From positions 22,630,001 to 22,694,000 of the forward strand of contig OZ024755.1 of assembly GCA_964016885.1 (NCBI GenBank): DNA of 64,000 bases, read 5' to 3'. Made by a program: the position numbers and the translations under genes. Below the pieces are notes generated by a model, which did not search any database, was not told the origin of the DNA, and was given only the letters and a program-made list of their open reading frames with translations. Position 1 is the stretch's first letter. Each line of letters starts with the position of its first letter. Of the stretch, positions 26,270 to 38,924 are shown in pieces. This DNA is from Eledone cirrhosa. Its lineage: Eukaryota.

Positions 26270-26465
26270 GTGGTATTATGACTGGCAGGTGTAAAAATCA
26301 GTCAGCTGGAATTTGCAGATGACATGGTGTTACTTAACTCGACAGACAGTGATCTCTGACTTGCACTTGATAGGTTTGATGCCGAGTACTGGAATGCAAA
26401 TCAGTGGTGTGAAAACCTGAGACACTCGTCCTCTCAAGGAAGCTTGCGCAGTGCACGCTACATGT
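26270..26465 (+). mobile_element. Short RTE-like RT fragment
   Basis: ISQLEFADDMVLL..LALDRFDAE..GMQIS. Confidence 0.65.
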
Positions 26466-26477
26466 GAATAGAGTCCC

Positions 26478-27322
26478 ACTAAAGTGTCGGTAATTAACCA
26501 ATACAGCCTCTATGCTAAATTCCTTGCTATAGTCATTGTTAACTCTAACTTTGTTGGCTGCTCCCCTATACATGGCTTGTACAGCCTTCACAAGCCACTC
26601 CTCTACTCCTAGTTTTCTAAGAGCCCACCAGATTATAGCACGAGGCACTCTGTCAAAGTCTTTTTCCAGATTGACAAATGCCGGGTAGAGAGGTTTACTT
26701 TTAGCTAGGTACTTTTTCTGTAACTGCCTCACAAGGAAGAGAGCATCAGTGGTGCTTTTGCCTGGCACAAACCCAAACTGCATTTCATCTAGATTTACCC
26801 GGTCCCTAATCAGCTGAGCTATAACTCTTTTACTTTCATGACCTGGTCCATCAGCTCTATACCTCTATCATTTTCCTTATCTAGTGCATCTCCTTTACCC
26901 TTGTAGCAGTTGACTATGATGCTGCTGTGCCAATCATTTGGTATGACGCCATCTAGTATTACTTAGTAACAATAGGTGTGGTTATAGTGTGACCTACTGA
27001 CCCAGATACATTCAGCATCTCGGCAGTTATACCCGATGGTCCGGTTGCTTTCCCAGTTATCATATCCTTAATTGCCTTACTTACTAAACTGCTGCTGACT
27101 TGCATTGCTGGTCCCTCTATGGGGTCAGGTCTCTTTCTCCCATGCATTCTCCTCATTCAGTAATCTTTCACAATGGCTCTTCCATGCAGCTTTCTTCTCA
27201 GCACTTGTGAGGGCAAGCGCTCCTTTATCATCCCGGATACACTTCTCTGCAATGACATCACAATTTTCTCTCACACACTGCCCCGCAATCCTGAACACCT
27301 GTTTCTGGTCCTCACGCTGCAT
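26478..27322 (-). mobile_element. RTE LINE internal fragment
   Basis: QFGFVPGKSTTDALFLVRQLQ; GKATGPSGITAEML; VFRIAGQCVREN. Confidence 0.92.
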
Positions 27323-27376
27323 ATATAATGCCTCCTACCCATGCTAGCATAGAAGATGGATGTTAAACAATGATAA

Positions 27377-27410
<34 letters not shown>

Positions 27411-27889
27411 CTAGCACACATATACATTGTTAATCACTTCCTACACAGATAAAATATAAAAGATTGCATTTACATGTGTCATAGCTAATTCACCTTCATA
27501 ATTCTTAGGTACTTGGCTGCTATTTCTAGCAAGTGGAGCGAACACGTAGAGATATGTTACTGTTGTTTACTTTTATTCACAGGTCAGACTTTAACGAGCA
27601 AGACAAGATGATGCGACATATGTGTAATCGTTGGGATTCCTGTTGTGACCATCCTGTTTCTTGGTACCCACAACTACATTGCTGAATGCAGTTTTCATTG
27701 TTTTAAAAAGTGTAGAAGATAGAACATCTGTGAGTGAGAGGCCGGTTCTATGAAATAAAGAAGTGAAAGCACTTTGAAAAAATAGTGGTGCTATAGTAAT
27801 TATGACACCGGTGTAGCGATTTCATATTACCCTTGCATTACCTTAACCCCTCCCACCACCACAGTAATTTGATGTTCAGCACCCGCAAA

Positions 27890-28650
27890 GGACCGCAGTT
27901 ATGGAGAGCAAAGTCAACCTTTGGCAGCTACCAATGGTTCCTCAGTCTAGGTGTATGGATGCTGCATTCCTTTTGTTTACTATTGCTGGTGTCCACCAGC
28001 CTATCATCGGAGCAGACTTCCCTTGGGCACACTCAAGTCAATCTTCAAAGGAGATGACACATTAACAACAACATTTATGTCTTAGTTTCTCTGACAACAT
28101 CTTCACATGTTGCACCTGTCATAACATATTTCTCTCAGACCTCCTTTTGAACCATCTGAATCTCACTACACTGACATTCTCCAAACCCACAACACACCAT
28201 AGAGTAAAACATCACATTCCAACCATCAGCCCTCCAGTACACAGCCACACTCATCATTGCAAGGGCCGAGTTCAACAATAAGGAAGCTTTGTGCATTATT
28301 CATCTATCAAACAGTCTTTGGTTATCCCCTCTACATATGGCACCAAAACCTAATGGAGGTTGGCAACTTTGCAGGATTATCACTGACTCAACACAAGCAC
28401 TACCCCATTCCGCATATATGGGACTTCTCAGCCCAGTTAGTACAACGTACTCAATTTTTTCAAAAGTTGATATCATCCAAGGGTACCATCAAATACCTGT
28501 GCAAGATGATGATATTCCTAAAACTGATGTTATCACTCCTTTCCGACTGTCTGTATTTCTGTGCACACATTTCAGCCATTTCTGAGTACACTGCAGACAT
28601 TCAACACATATCTGGAAAAGGCAACCCTGTTAATGCACTCTCTCAAGCTC
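27890..28650 (+). mobile_element. Decayed, internally deleted Ty3/Gypsy pol fragment
   Basis: PIIGADF (protease); SPLHMAPKPNGGW, FSKVDIIQGYHQIPV..DIPKT..ITPF (RT); ISEYTADIQHISGKGN..ALS (RNase H end). Confidence 0.85.
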
Positions 28651-28659
28651 CTAATGACT

Positions 28660-28822
28660 CTGACCCCTACATGCTTTGCAGCAAAGAGTTAGGGCCCTTT
28701 ATGGTCTGAGTTCAGATCCCGCCGAGGTTAACTTTGCCTTTCATCCTTACGGGGTCGATAAAATAAAGTACCAGTAATACACTGGGATAATTGCTGGCCT
28801 TGTGCTAAAAGTAGAAACAATT
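28660..28822 (+). mobile_element. SINE family A (5'-truncated)
   Basis: Shared core and tail ggccttgtgctaaaagtagaaacaattatt. Confidence 0.88.
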
Positions 28823-28919
28823 ATTACACTCTGTTTAATGCATCCCCTAAGTACATTCTAAAGACTACACATCGACTGCTCACTTTGGGCAACCAACAGT
28901 AACTTGACGTTACAACCCC

Positions 28920-29016
<97 letters not shown>

Positions 29017-29020
29017 GTGA

Positions 29021-29135
29021 AGGCGTGTGGCTGAGTGGTTAGAGAATTGGATTCGCAATCGTAAGGTTGTGAGTTCGATTCCTGGACCAGGCGATGCGTT
29101 ATGTCCTTGAGCAAGACACTTTATTTCATGTTGCT
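29021..29135 (+). mobile_element. SINE family B head
   Basis: ggcgtgtggctgagtggttagag..gtgagttcgattcc..gtccttgagcaagacactttatttc. Confidence 0.85.
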
Positions 29136-29482
29136 CCTTCTACCTGGAGTTGCGACCGATATATAGTATTAGCAATTGGAAAGACCAACGGAAACATTGT
29201 TCCCTCGGTCCGATTTGACGAAAGTCGATCGTTCCTATATATATAATGGAAAAATTTGAACAGGGACAAAACAGAGAGGCAGTACAATAAATGTTTATTA
29301 ATTTCACGCTCAGGAGAGTGGGGGGTAGGTGGGGGACATATATATATATATATATATTTGTAGTAAGGTTGCTTGGATGCGTCCATAGGCGGTATGCCGG
29401 TTGAGCACTCTATGCTCCTTCAGAGCAGAGTATAATAATATGGAAAATGAAGAACCAGTGATGCATTGAAACACAATTTATT

Positions 29483-29577
29483 AACGTATTACAATTGTTT
29501 CTCCGACAAACAGCTCGAGGTGCGATCTGTTTGTGGATCCAACCTGACTCTGGATTCGCAAGTTCCTCAGATGCATC
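29483..29577 (-). ncRNA. Type I hammerhead-like fold with branched stem II (family H2)
   Basis: Minus strand: GAUGCAU-CUGAGGA-[two hairpins]-GAA-ACAAUUGU-A-AUACGUU, then AAUAAA. Palindromic stem III; base of stem II is imperfect. Confidence 0.65.
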
Positions 29578-29587
29578 TAGCGACTTC

Positions 29588-29629
<42 letters not shown>

Positions 29630-30231
29630 TATTACCAAATAGAATTTCACACCAAATCTTGATATACAATTGTTTCATCCTCATTAGGACTTGTCAAAGT
29701 CAATCATTTTATGAGCAATTACCTCAACATGTTCATCTCTTTGAACACACCAAAAAATTATGATATTCGTTCACTCCAGCATTCAAATGAGTGTTAAATG
29801 ACAAAATATTCTATAAACTAAAAACAAGGTACTTTTCTCAATATATTACAAAATATTCATTATATACCAAAAAAAGGGTTTTATTCTTCCAGATGTATGT
29901 ACCCATGCATACTCACTCCCACACAACTTCACAATCCTCATATATGGATACCCTTGCAAGCAGGGAAAAGTGGACGTAAAATGAAATGATGATGATGATG
30001 ATGACTCACAAAAAGGCCTTTCTATTCAAATCATAGATGTACATATAATCCCCAATCTAATTTAAAAATAATAATAGTAATAGTAACAATGAAATGACAA
30101 AATTAAGTAGGTTAGAGAAACTATCAAAACAATTTACCCCACAAAAAGAATTTAGAATATACTCCAGTGATTAATTATGGCAAGGATTGTAAATGAACAG
30201 TAGTAGCTATCCCAACTTCACAATTCCAAGT

Positions 30232-30778
30232 GAGAAAATCTGTCGACACAGAAATCCCTTCTGGCTCATCCTTGTTGTGTCCCTGCACACGCGATGATCC
30301 CAGAGAGACACAATCTGCTCCACATGGGGCAGCGTATCGATCAGAAAACTGGCCATGAAGCCAACATGGAGGCCAACTGTCAAAGCCGCCTCCTAATCTC
30401 CTCACGAAAGTTGTCTTTCTCTTCGGGTATCACCCCAACGACGCACACAATCGAGAGCTACTTTACGAAAGTGCTCAGTACAACGATGTTGTACAGGCGA
30501 ACTTTACCGAAAGTTACCAAAATCTAACCCGTAAAATGCTCATGGGATTAAAATAGGCTCGTCATTATTGTCCCCAGGCCGAATTCGTCATGAAAGTTGA
30601 TGACACTTTTGTCAATGGTGTTTGACAATATCTTGTCTAAAAACATTTGGGAAAGAATGTTACATCAACAGAGAAATCCATGCCATTTCGCTGGTTCACA
30701 AAATATCAAGTTAGCTGGACTGAATATCCATATATGCGATACCTAAACTACACTTCAGGTAACATCTATCTGTTTCTC
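30232..30778 (+). pseudogene. Beta-1,3-galactosyltransferase (GT31 family) pseudogene fragment
   Basis: PFWLILVVS..RDTICSTWG; KVVFLFG; ESAQYNDVVQANFTESYQNLTRKMLMGLK*ARHYCPQAEFVMKVDDTFVN; KYQVSWTEYPYMRYLNYTSGNIY. In-frame stops, a frameshift and a shortened DDD motif. Confidence 0.88.
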
Positions 30779-30878
30779 TTCAAGACTTTCTAGTGATTAA
30801 TTATGGGGAGCATTAGTAAATAAACATTAGTAGCTATCCCAACTCCCTCAAGTGTATTTACAGATATGTATATGTTAA

Positions 30879-31084
30879 CCCTTTAGCATTCACATTACTC
30901 TATATTTGCTATTGTATTTTCACAGTAAAGGCTTTATATCACATAATATCGAATCTGATATTTTGATATTGTTTATTTTGAGAACAATACCTTAACATCA
31001 GCATGAGTGGCCAGTTACAGCCGGTTTGAACAGAAAGAGGTGAGAGAATTCTGTCCAGATATGGCCGGTTTAAATGCTAAAGGG
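30879..31084. mobile_element. piggyBac-type MITE
   Basis: TIRs ccctttagcatt and aatgctaaaggg flanked by TTAA on both sides. A solo end also occurs near 5104-5120. Confidence 0.85.
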
Positions 31085-31102
31085 TTAATACTATTATATC
31101 TA

Positions 31103-31207
31103 AAATCCCGCCGAGGTTGACTTTGCCTTTCATCCTTACAGGGTCGATAAAATAAAGTACCAGTAATGCACTGGGTAATTGCTGGCCTTGTGCCTAAAGT
31201 AGAAACA
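31103..31207 (+). mobile_element. SINE family A 3' half
   Basis: TSD actattatatctaa on both sides. Confidence 0.88.
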
Positions 31208-31252
31208 ACTATTATATCTAAGTCTAAGCCAGAAGGCTAATTTGGCTGGTGC

Positions 31253-31420
31253 TTATCCCGATTTCATGGCGTGAAGCGACTGAGAGTACAAGACTTCCCC
31301 CTGGACAGGACACCAGTCCATCGCAGGGTTAAACCTCCAGCTATTGCTGGTATTCATTTTCAGCTGAGTATACTGGAGCAACGTGAAATGAAGTGTTTTG
31401 CTCAGGAACACAACACACAA
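31253..31420 (-). mobile_element. SINE with V-domain-like body
   Basis: Minus strand ctgcgatggactggtgtcctgtccagggg resembles the V-SINE core (from recall). Upstream part is shared with family B. Confidence 0.7.
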
Positions 31421-32134
31421 CCCAGCCAGGACTATTCGCAGGCTGGCTATATGCTGGACTGTGCAAGGAATCCGTCTTACCCACTTTTTCTCTAAATTGA
31501 TTAGAATTATCTCCCCTTGTGGAATTCTTTTTTGAAAAAAAGTAATTTTTCTCAATTGACTTCTGGTTCTTTGAAAAAAATCATTCTGGATATTGCATTC
31601 ATGAGAAGAGGTATGTAATGTTCTCTTTGCTGTGTATATATATTTTATTAGTTATGTCAATAATTCTCACATTCTAAGAAATATAACTCAAACTTCTCGC
31701 TTCACACATACAGATACATTCTCTATAAATCTTATTCTGTAGAGCTATCTTTTGATATTGTGTGAAGAGGTATTTAATGTTCATTTTATTTTAAGAAAAT
31801 AAACCACTTTATGCACATACATTTTCTCTATAGAAGAAGCAACCTCTCTTTTTTCCTTCCTTGGTCTACCTTTAATGTGGCTTTCTGACACATCTTCACC
31901 TACTCAACATATGCTTTCTTTTAAGATAAAAATAGAACTCATAGTTACGTGGCAGCTTCATTTCTTGCATACATGCGTCCTTTTGTTGTCAACAATCATT
32001 GTAGCACTATCCCTCCCATACTAGGTGAGACAACACGCAGCATATGAAGGTACATAAGGATGACATTAAAAAAAACTAATGCATTAGAGGGCATGTCTTT
32101 TGTCTATTGCACAATGGTCTTACTAGTTTAATAC

Positions 32135-32800
32135 TGGTATATACACATGGTGTTGGTAACACACAGATCCAGCTCCTCACACATCTGCAGCAGGAGCATA
32201 CCATTGCTGTTATACTTTCCCACCCCATGCCTTCCGTTTACATTCCATGTGCTAAAATCCCTACCTACTCTCACATTAAAGTCACCAAGCACGATGACCT
32301 TGTCTGCCTGAGGGATATTTCTTATAACACCTTTCAAAGCATGGTAGAAAGACACTTTTTCCTCATCAACAGAATTTATAGTTGGAGCATACACACGCAC
32401 CAGGGTCGCATATCTTCCTTTGTCCAGTGGAATTCTCATGGACATAAAACACTCACTAATCCCACTGGGAATTCTTCCAATTTATCTACAAGAGCAGTCT
32501 TAACAGCAAATGCTACCCCAGCCTCTCTTCTAATTCCTTCATCTCACACTTTCCAGAAGAATGTATATTTTCCACAAAATTCTGTAAGATGACCATCTCC
32601 AGCTAATTTCGTCTCGGATAAAGCATTAATGTCAAGATCGTGACGACGAAGTTCCTTTGCAACAAGAGCAGTCCTTCGTTCAGAGGAATCCCTGTCAAGC
32701 AGTGTCCGTATGTTCCAACAGCCAATATTCAATGTTTTGTTTGGTTCTATCAAAGTGGCAAGATGATGGGTGGGCCCAGGCTGTGATACCCTGGGGCCCC
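32135..32800 (-). mobile_element. RTE-BovB-like LINE 5' fragment (APE endonuclease)
   Basis: GCWNIRTLLD..ERRTALVAKEL..ALSETKL; GVAFAV; VYAPT; VIVLGDFNVRVG. Confidence 0.9.
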
Positions 32801-32830
32801 TGCCGGGTCAGGCCCTTTCACCTGATGTGG

Positions 32831-32863
<33 letters not shown>

Positions 32864-32984
32864 CCATACATATATCTGCAAGTATGTGTACAAGCCCATT
32901 GCTCCTATCATTTTGGGGTGTTCATGTCTTTAACAAAAATGAAGAAATACGCCACACTGCAATTGTGTGTGTGTGTGTGTGTAT

Positions 32985-34032
32985 ATATCATCAGCATCAT
33001 CACCATTTTACGTCCGTTCTTCCACACTAGCATGGGTTAGACAGGTTGTCCTGTTGTGGGCATGCCCTGCTCATATGGGAACTGATTCTGGCTTGATTTC
33101 TACAGCTGGCTGCCCTTCCTAACACCAACCTCATTTACAGTGAGTGCTGGGTGCTTTTTTCCGTGGCGCCTACACGTCCACTTTGCAGTGGGAGGGGGTG
33201 GGGGCATATTGTCTATATGCTTCAGCTTGTACCCATGGGAAGTTGGGTCTTCTGTATTACTGCGTGACGCCAGAGGTCACGGTCGTGTGTCATCGCCTTT
33301 GAGAAGTGTAATTGGATAAGGTCGGCTTTTATCACCTCATCCCAGGTCTTCTTGGGTCTCCCCACTCCACAGTTTCCATTGACTTCTAGTGCTCTGCACC
33401 TTTTTATGCAGCTGTCATCCTTCATACGCATCACATGTCCATACCAACACAACCGCCTCTCATGCACACAGCATTTAATTCCTCTTATGCTCAGTCTCTC
33501 TCTCAATTCGTTTATGCTTTGCCGTTCGCGTATATTACTATTACACATCCATCGGAGCATGCAGGCTTCGTTTCATTCTAACCTACGCAAGTCTTCCACA
33601 GACAGCACCCATGTAATATTACTGTTCGTATACAAGCACCATACAGTCTGCCTTTCATTTTAAGGGAAAAGCGTTTTGCAGCTAGCAGTGGCAGTAGCTC
33701 CCTGAACTTCTTCCATCCTGTCCTTACCCTAGTTATTGTACTTTCCGAACACCCACCTCCGTTGCTAATTCGGTCACCTAGGTAGCAGAAGCTGTCTACT
33801 GTTTCTACAGAGCCCTCCCAGAGTTTGGTGGTACTTGTTTCCTGTGCCTGTTTGCTGTCCCAGTGCAGCTGCTACATGTGAAGCCTACATTCTTAGTTAA
33901 GCTTCCTGAGATCCCACTACATCTCTTGTGTACCCATTGTTTGCATTTGGGGCCAAGAATGGAGTTCCTACCTACACCTTTCCTACATACTGAGCAAGGC
34001 CATTTCCCTGAGGTGATCTGGGTTCTGTTTTC
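32985..34032 (-). mobile_element. 5'-truncated RTE LINE, long-3'UTR subfamily
   Basis: KWPCSVCRKGVGRNS; MLRWMC; WYGHV; GRPKKTW. 3' end and (GAT)n tail. Confidence 0.93.
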
Positions 34033-34057
34033 TATATATATATATACACACACACAC

Positions 34058-34114
<57 letters not shown>

Positions 34115-34129
<15 letters not shown>

Positions 34130-34310
34130 GAGAATGTCTGTCTGTCTGTCCAATCACTAAAACTCGAGAACCGCCCAATCGATTGTTTTCAAACTTTACA
34201 CATGAAATACTTATGGTCCTGTAAGTGTTTTGAGCAAACAAAATTTCAAATTTTCAATGCCCTAGGGACCACATTAGGCGATTTAGCGATCTCTCGCTAT
34301 AACTCTTAGT
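34115..34310 (+). mobile_element. Possible non-autonomous Helitron 5' fragment
   Basis: tatataaaacagagaatgtctgtctgtctgtc..aaccgc..cgattgttttcaaacttt resembles Helitron-N 5' ends from recall. No 3' hairpin or CTAG seen. Confidence 0.35.
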
Positions 34311-35090
34311 CTTTCTCTTTTTAGATAGATACATAGATATAACGTTGCACCCTTATACTATCTGTCTGTCTGCATTACGTCATTATGACGCGATTAGTAT
34401 GTGTGTATATATATATATTCTTATGCCAGGGAACATCTTCACAAACCAAAGTATCGTCTTCCTGTTTTCCTTCGGTTGCAACGTTTTTCGAAATATTTAC
34501 ATCTGCGTTCACAGATTGATTTTCTTTTTTAGTTTCAGAAGATCCCGTTAAGGTTGAAAGCAGTGATTCTTTGCTTAAACATTAATATGTTATTTTAATA
34601 TATATATATATATATATGCATACACAAAAACAAAATATAAACAATCAAGGCCAACGATTACATACGATGCAGAACAAAATATAAACAAACAAAGCCGGCG
34701 ATTACATAATCACATGCATCACTGACAGATATTTTTGCATACACAAAAAATTATATAAACAAACAAGGCCAACAATTGCATACGATTACATCAGTTAGTC
34801 TTAGTGTACTTCATACTGCTTTTAGGTAGAAGATCCCGTTAAGGGTGAAAGCAGCGATTCTTTGCTTAAACTTTAAGTCAACGGTTCGGATATCACATGC
34901 ATCACTGATGAGTTTACTCCTTACTCTACCAGTTAATCTTAGTGTACTTCATACTGCTTTTAGATCATGCCTCGAAGGAAAAGATACTCCATTGACCTGT
35001 GTACAAAGTGCGATGCTGCATGGTAGTGAACAACACAAAATAGTCAAATAGAACAGGTAAAAGAGTAATATATAAATATATTAATAACAT

Positions 35091-35158
35091 CTCTATCTGA
35101 CGACCGATCCAGACGTAAATTATTATCGTCTGTGATCCAGAAACCTTTGGTAATGGAG
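35091..35158 (+). ncRNA. Type I hammerhead ribozyme fold (family H3)
   Basis: CUCUAU-CUGACGA-ccGAUCCAGACG..CGUCUGuGAUCca-GAA-ACC-UUU-GGU-A-AUGGAG. Stem I extends by AUAAC/GUUAU; first two stem II pairs are mismatched. Confidence 0.72.
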
Positions 35159-36037
35159 TAGTTATATTTTGTATGTATGTATATATATGAATGTATGTAT
35201 AATATGTATGTATATATATATGAATGCATGTATATATGTATGAGTATGTATTTGTATATATATATATATATATATATGGGGGGTGTAAATATGTATATAT
35301 TATGTGGATCTCAATATGTAAACTAAACGATTAAATCTGGTTTTGAATAACTCAAGGGAGACAACCTAGAACAATTATCAATTTTTGCGATGCTTACTAT
35401 CCTTACAAAATTTCAATTAACATTTTGTGTATATTAAGTTTCAAAAGTTATATTAATAGTAGGTGAGGTAAGATTTTACAAAATAAGTTGATGAGTGTAC
35501 CTTGATTATTATATCAACAGGCTGTTAAAACGAAGAGTCCACTGAATGCTAGAATATAGGCAATTACTGCAATTATTATATATAATTATTGGCAAGTTAA
35601 CCCGGCGGTTTCAAATCCGCGGGTGTAACTTTGCTTTCATCCTTACGGGTCGATTAATATAAGTACCAGTAATACACTGCGTTAATTGCTGCCTTGTGCC
35701 AAATGTAGAAACAATTATACTATAATTATATTTAATTTTTATTTATTATTATTATTTAAATTTATTATTATTTATAGTAATAAAGTACCAGTAATGCACT
35801 GGTAAATTGCTGGCCATTGTGCCCTAAAGTAGAAAGAATTATTTATTTATATTATAAATACTTCGAAAATATAAATTAAATAATAAAATAAATAAAAATA
35901 AATATAATATTTAATTCTCTCTACACCCTTACAAATACGTTCCGGACAATTATATACGTACATTTCTATAAATATTCTGTTAGTAGCTTTAATTTATTTT
36001 TTTCTTAAAATCTTTCCTTAAAATTTTCTTCCACCCT

Positions 36038-36224
36038 AATAATTGTTTCTACTTTTGGCACAAGGCCCTCAATTACTCAGTGCATTACTGGTACTTTATT
36101 TTATCGACCCCGTAGGATGAAAGGCAAAGTAACCTCGGCGGATTTGAACTCAGATGGCAAGGGCCGTACCTCTATGCGTCAAAGCATGTGTCCGACCCTC
36201 TACCGATACTGCCAATCCACCGCC
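36038..36224 (-). mobile_element. SINE family A
   Basis: Reverse copy with TSD ttcttccacc(c/t)taataat. Confidence 0.85.
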
Positions 36225-36450
36225 TTCTTCCACCTTAATAATAACCCCTATTTCCTTTCTTATTAAAAAAAACAATCCTAATCATTATTTAAATTACCTA
36301 GGCGTCTAAACATAACGATCTTTTTCAGTTTAAACGTTATTCTCATTAGCATATTCATCTTGTAATTTGAAGTTTTTCTTCACTATTCAAATAGAACTCA
36401 CTACATTAAGTTCTTGTCTGAATATGTCACTATCTGTAAACCAACTTTTG

Positions 36451-36510
36451 TATTTTATCTGATGAGGGCGTACCAAAATTTGGTACCCTTGAAATATATA
36501 TAATAAAATA
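36451..36510 (+). ncRNA. Type I hammerhead ribozyme, family H1 copy 2
   Basis: UAUUUUAU-CUGAUGA-GGGcGUACCAA-AAU-UUGGUACcCUU-GAA-AUAUAUAU-A-AUAAAAUA. Confidence 0.87.
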
Positions 36511-37228
36511 AATCTGGTTTTATAAAGATAGCTTCCATTTATTAATATTATTGATATATATATATATATATAAGAGAGAGAGAGTAGAGAAGGTGAAGTT
36601 GGAAATAGCATGGAAAATATATTTCCAATTTCACCTTTTCTCTATATCCACTGTTTTGTATAGAACCTTACTTCCCTTTCTAATATATATATATATTTAT
36701 ATATATATATATATAAACAAAATAAGATGCTGAGGTTACATTATTATAATTATTTCCACGGTTCTCCATGCAATCAAGAAGTCCTTCATGCAATTTGTTG
36801 TTATGAGAACGGTAGATGATATCTGATATGTTTCATACGTCACTGGCAGGAAAAAAACATACGTCCTTTTGCTCGTGTGCCCAACAGACATATGTTCCTT
36901 GAAGAGTTTGCCTGTCGTCGTGTTTGCTAGAAAAAGCCATTAACGAAAAAAAAACGAAAAAACTGTGTGTAGCCAAAGTCCAGTAGACAGTGAAAGCAAT
37001 AAATGGAGCTAAAATCGGTAGGATTATATCTTTGTTCTACATCATAGACTTCAGATATTTTTTTAACACAAAGAATTGGATCTCAAATACCACGGAGGGC
37101 CCCTGAAATACTTCCGTGGGTCACTGTAATACTACCGTGTGCCCTTCCACCCCCCATCCCCCGAGGGCCCACTTGCCATAGGACAACGTAGCCAGTCCAC
37201 CACTGTATGTGTGTGTGTCGTGTATATA

Positions 37229-37261
<33 letters not shown>

Positions 37262-37268
<7 letters not shown>

Positions 37269-37930
37269 TTTTTCAAATGCGAGAGGGCGCTAATAGAAGT
37301 GGTGGATAGCTTCCGGTACCTAGGAGATCAGATTAGCATGGGAGGAGGTGTTCCGAGGCCATAGTATCTAGAATAAGGACGGGTTGGAAGAAGTTTAGGG
37401 AGCTGCTTCCTCTGTTGACGAAGAAGGGTTTCTCCCTGCGTACGAAAGGCGGTTGTATGATGCCTGTGTGAGGAGCGCGATGCTGCATGGTATTGAGACA
37501 TGGGCAGCTACCGCAGAAGATATGCGACGGCTGGAGAGAAATGAGGCAAGCATGCTCCGTTGGATGTGCAGTGTAAATGTGCGTGAACGACCCAGCATAA
37601 ATGTGTTGAGAGAGAAACGTTGTCCTGAGAGGGATAGAATGTAGTGTACGGGAGAGGAGACTGAGGTGGTATGGACATGTGATGCGCATGGAGGATGACC
37701 GATGGGTGAAGAAGTGCCAGGAATGCCAGTTGAAGGAAGACGTGGTAGAGGTAGACCACGAAAAACATGGCGGAGGTGGTGAGAACAGACCTCAGATCAT
37801 TGAAGCTCACGGTGGAGATGACGAGGGACCGTGACGAGTGGAGAGATGCTGTGCTGAATAAGACCCGTCCCACCCTTGCAAGCAGGGAAAAGCGGACGTA
37901 AAATGATGATGATGATGATGATGATGATGA
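37262..37930 (+). mobile_element. 5'-truncated RTE LINE, short-3'UTR subfamily
   Basis: Closely matches about 10000-10650. (GAT)n tail. Confidence 0.95.
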
Positions 37931-38089
37931 TATATATATATAGGAACGAGTAGAACCCCGACGGCTGAGCTCAAGCCGTTTCGACGGCTAATTCTGGACT
38001 AAAAACGTTCCTATCACCCACTCTACTACCCTAAGTATTGAGTACTTTGGTGCGTTATGGTCCATCTGGTTCCTTACCACATTTGCTTC

Positions 38090-38123
<34 letters not shown>

Positions 38124-38162
38124 GATATTAACAAATGGAAACTATATTTATAAAACCATATT

Positions 38163-38227
38163 TATTTCATTATACATATTTCAAGGACACCAAGTTAAAT
38201 TATGGTGTGCTTTCATCAAATAAAATA
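38163..38227 (-). ncRNA. Hammerhead family H1 copy 3 (core C3>U)
   Basis: UAUUUUAU-UUGAUGA-AAGcACACCA..UGGUGUcCUU-GAA-AUAUGUAU-A-AUGAAAUA. Confidence 0.72.
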
Positions 38228-38524
38228 TAATATAGAGCAGTTTTATAAATAAATATTGACATACCCTTAAAGAATGCAACCATTACTGTTGGAAGCTCCG
38301 GGATAGTGGAGTTGTATCTTTAATTATACTATTAGGTAAGTTAGTATTGGATATTTTTAAATAAGCCGTTGGGTTATGGAGAAAGAGAAAGATAGAGAGA
38401 GAGAGGAACAAGAGAGAGAAAATATATATATAATATATATATAATATATATAATATATATATATATAATATATATATATATAATATATATAATATATATA
38501 TATATAATATATATATATATAATA

Positions 38525-38562
<38 letters not shown>

Positions 38563-38859
38563 TATATATATAATATATATATATATAATATATATAATAT
38601 ATATATATATAATATATATATATATATAATATATATATATATAATATATATAATATATATATATATAATATATATAATATATAATATATATATATATAAT
38701 ATATATTATATATATATATATTATATATATTATATATATATATATATATTATATATATATATATATTACATATATATATATATATTATATATATTATATA
38801 TATATATATTATATATATACGATATTAATAAATGGAAACTATATTTATAAAACCATATT

Positions 38860-38924
38860 TATTTCATTATACATATTTCAGGGATACCAAATTAAATTAT
38901 GGTATGCCTTCATCAGACAAAATA
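38860..38924 (-). ncRNA. Hammerhead family H1 copy 4
   Basis: UAUUUUGU-CUGAUGA-AGGcAUACCA..UGGUAUcCCU-GAA-AUAUGUAU-A-AUGAAAUA. Confidence 0.85.

Noticed and set aside
34530-34920. agaagatcccgttaagg(g/t)tgaaagc (twice) and ctgatgagtttactc
   Set aside because: Partial hammerhead-like pieces without a complete core and stems I and III.
37090-37205. Possible hAT transposon end (gggccc motifs, gccagtccaccactg)
   Set aside because: No matching opposite TIR or 8-bp TSD found.
35560-37900. SINE and RTE copies with many single-base indels suggesting divergent subfamilies
   Set aside because: The homopolymer indel pattern looks more like lower consensus accuracy than biology; needs a read-level check.
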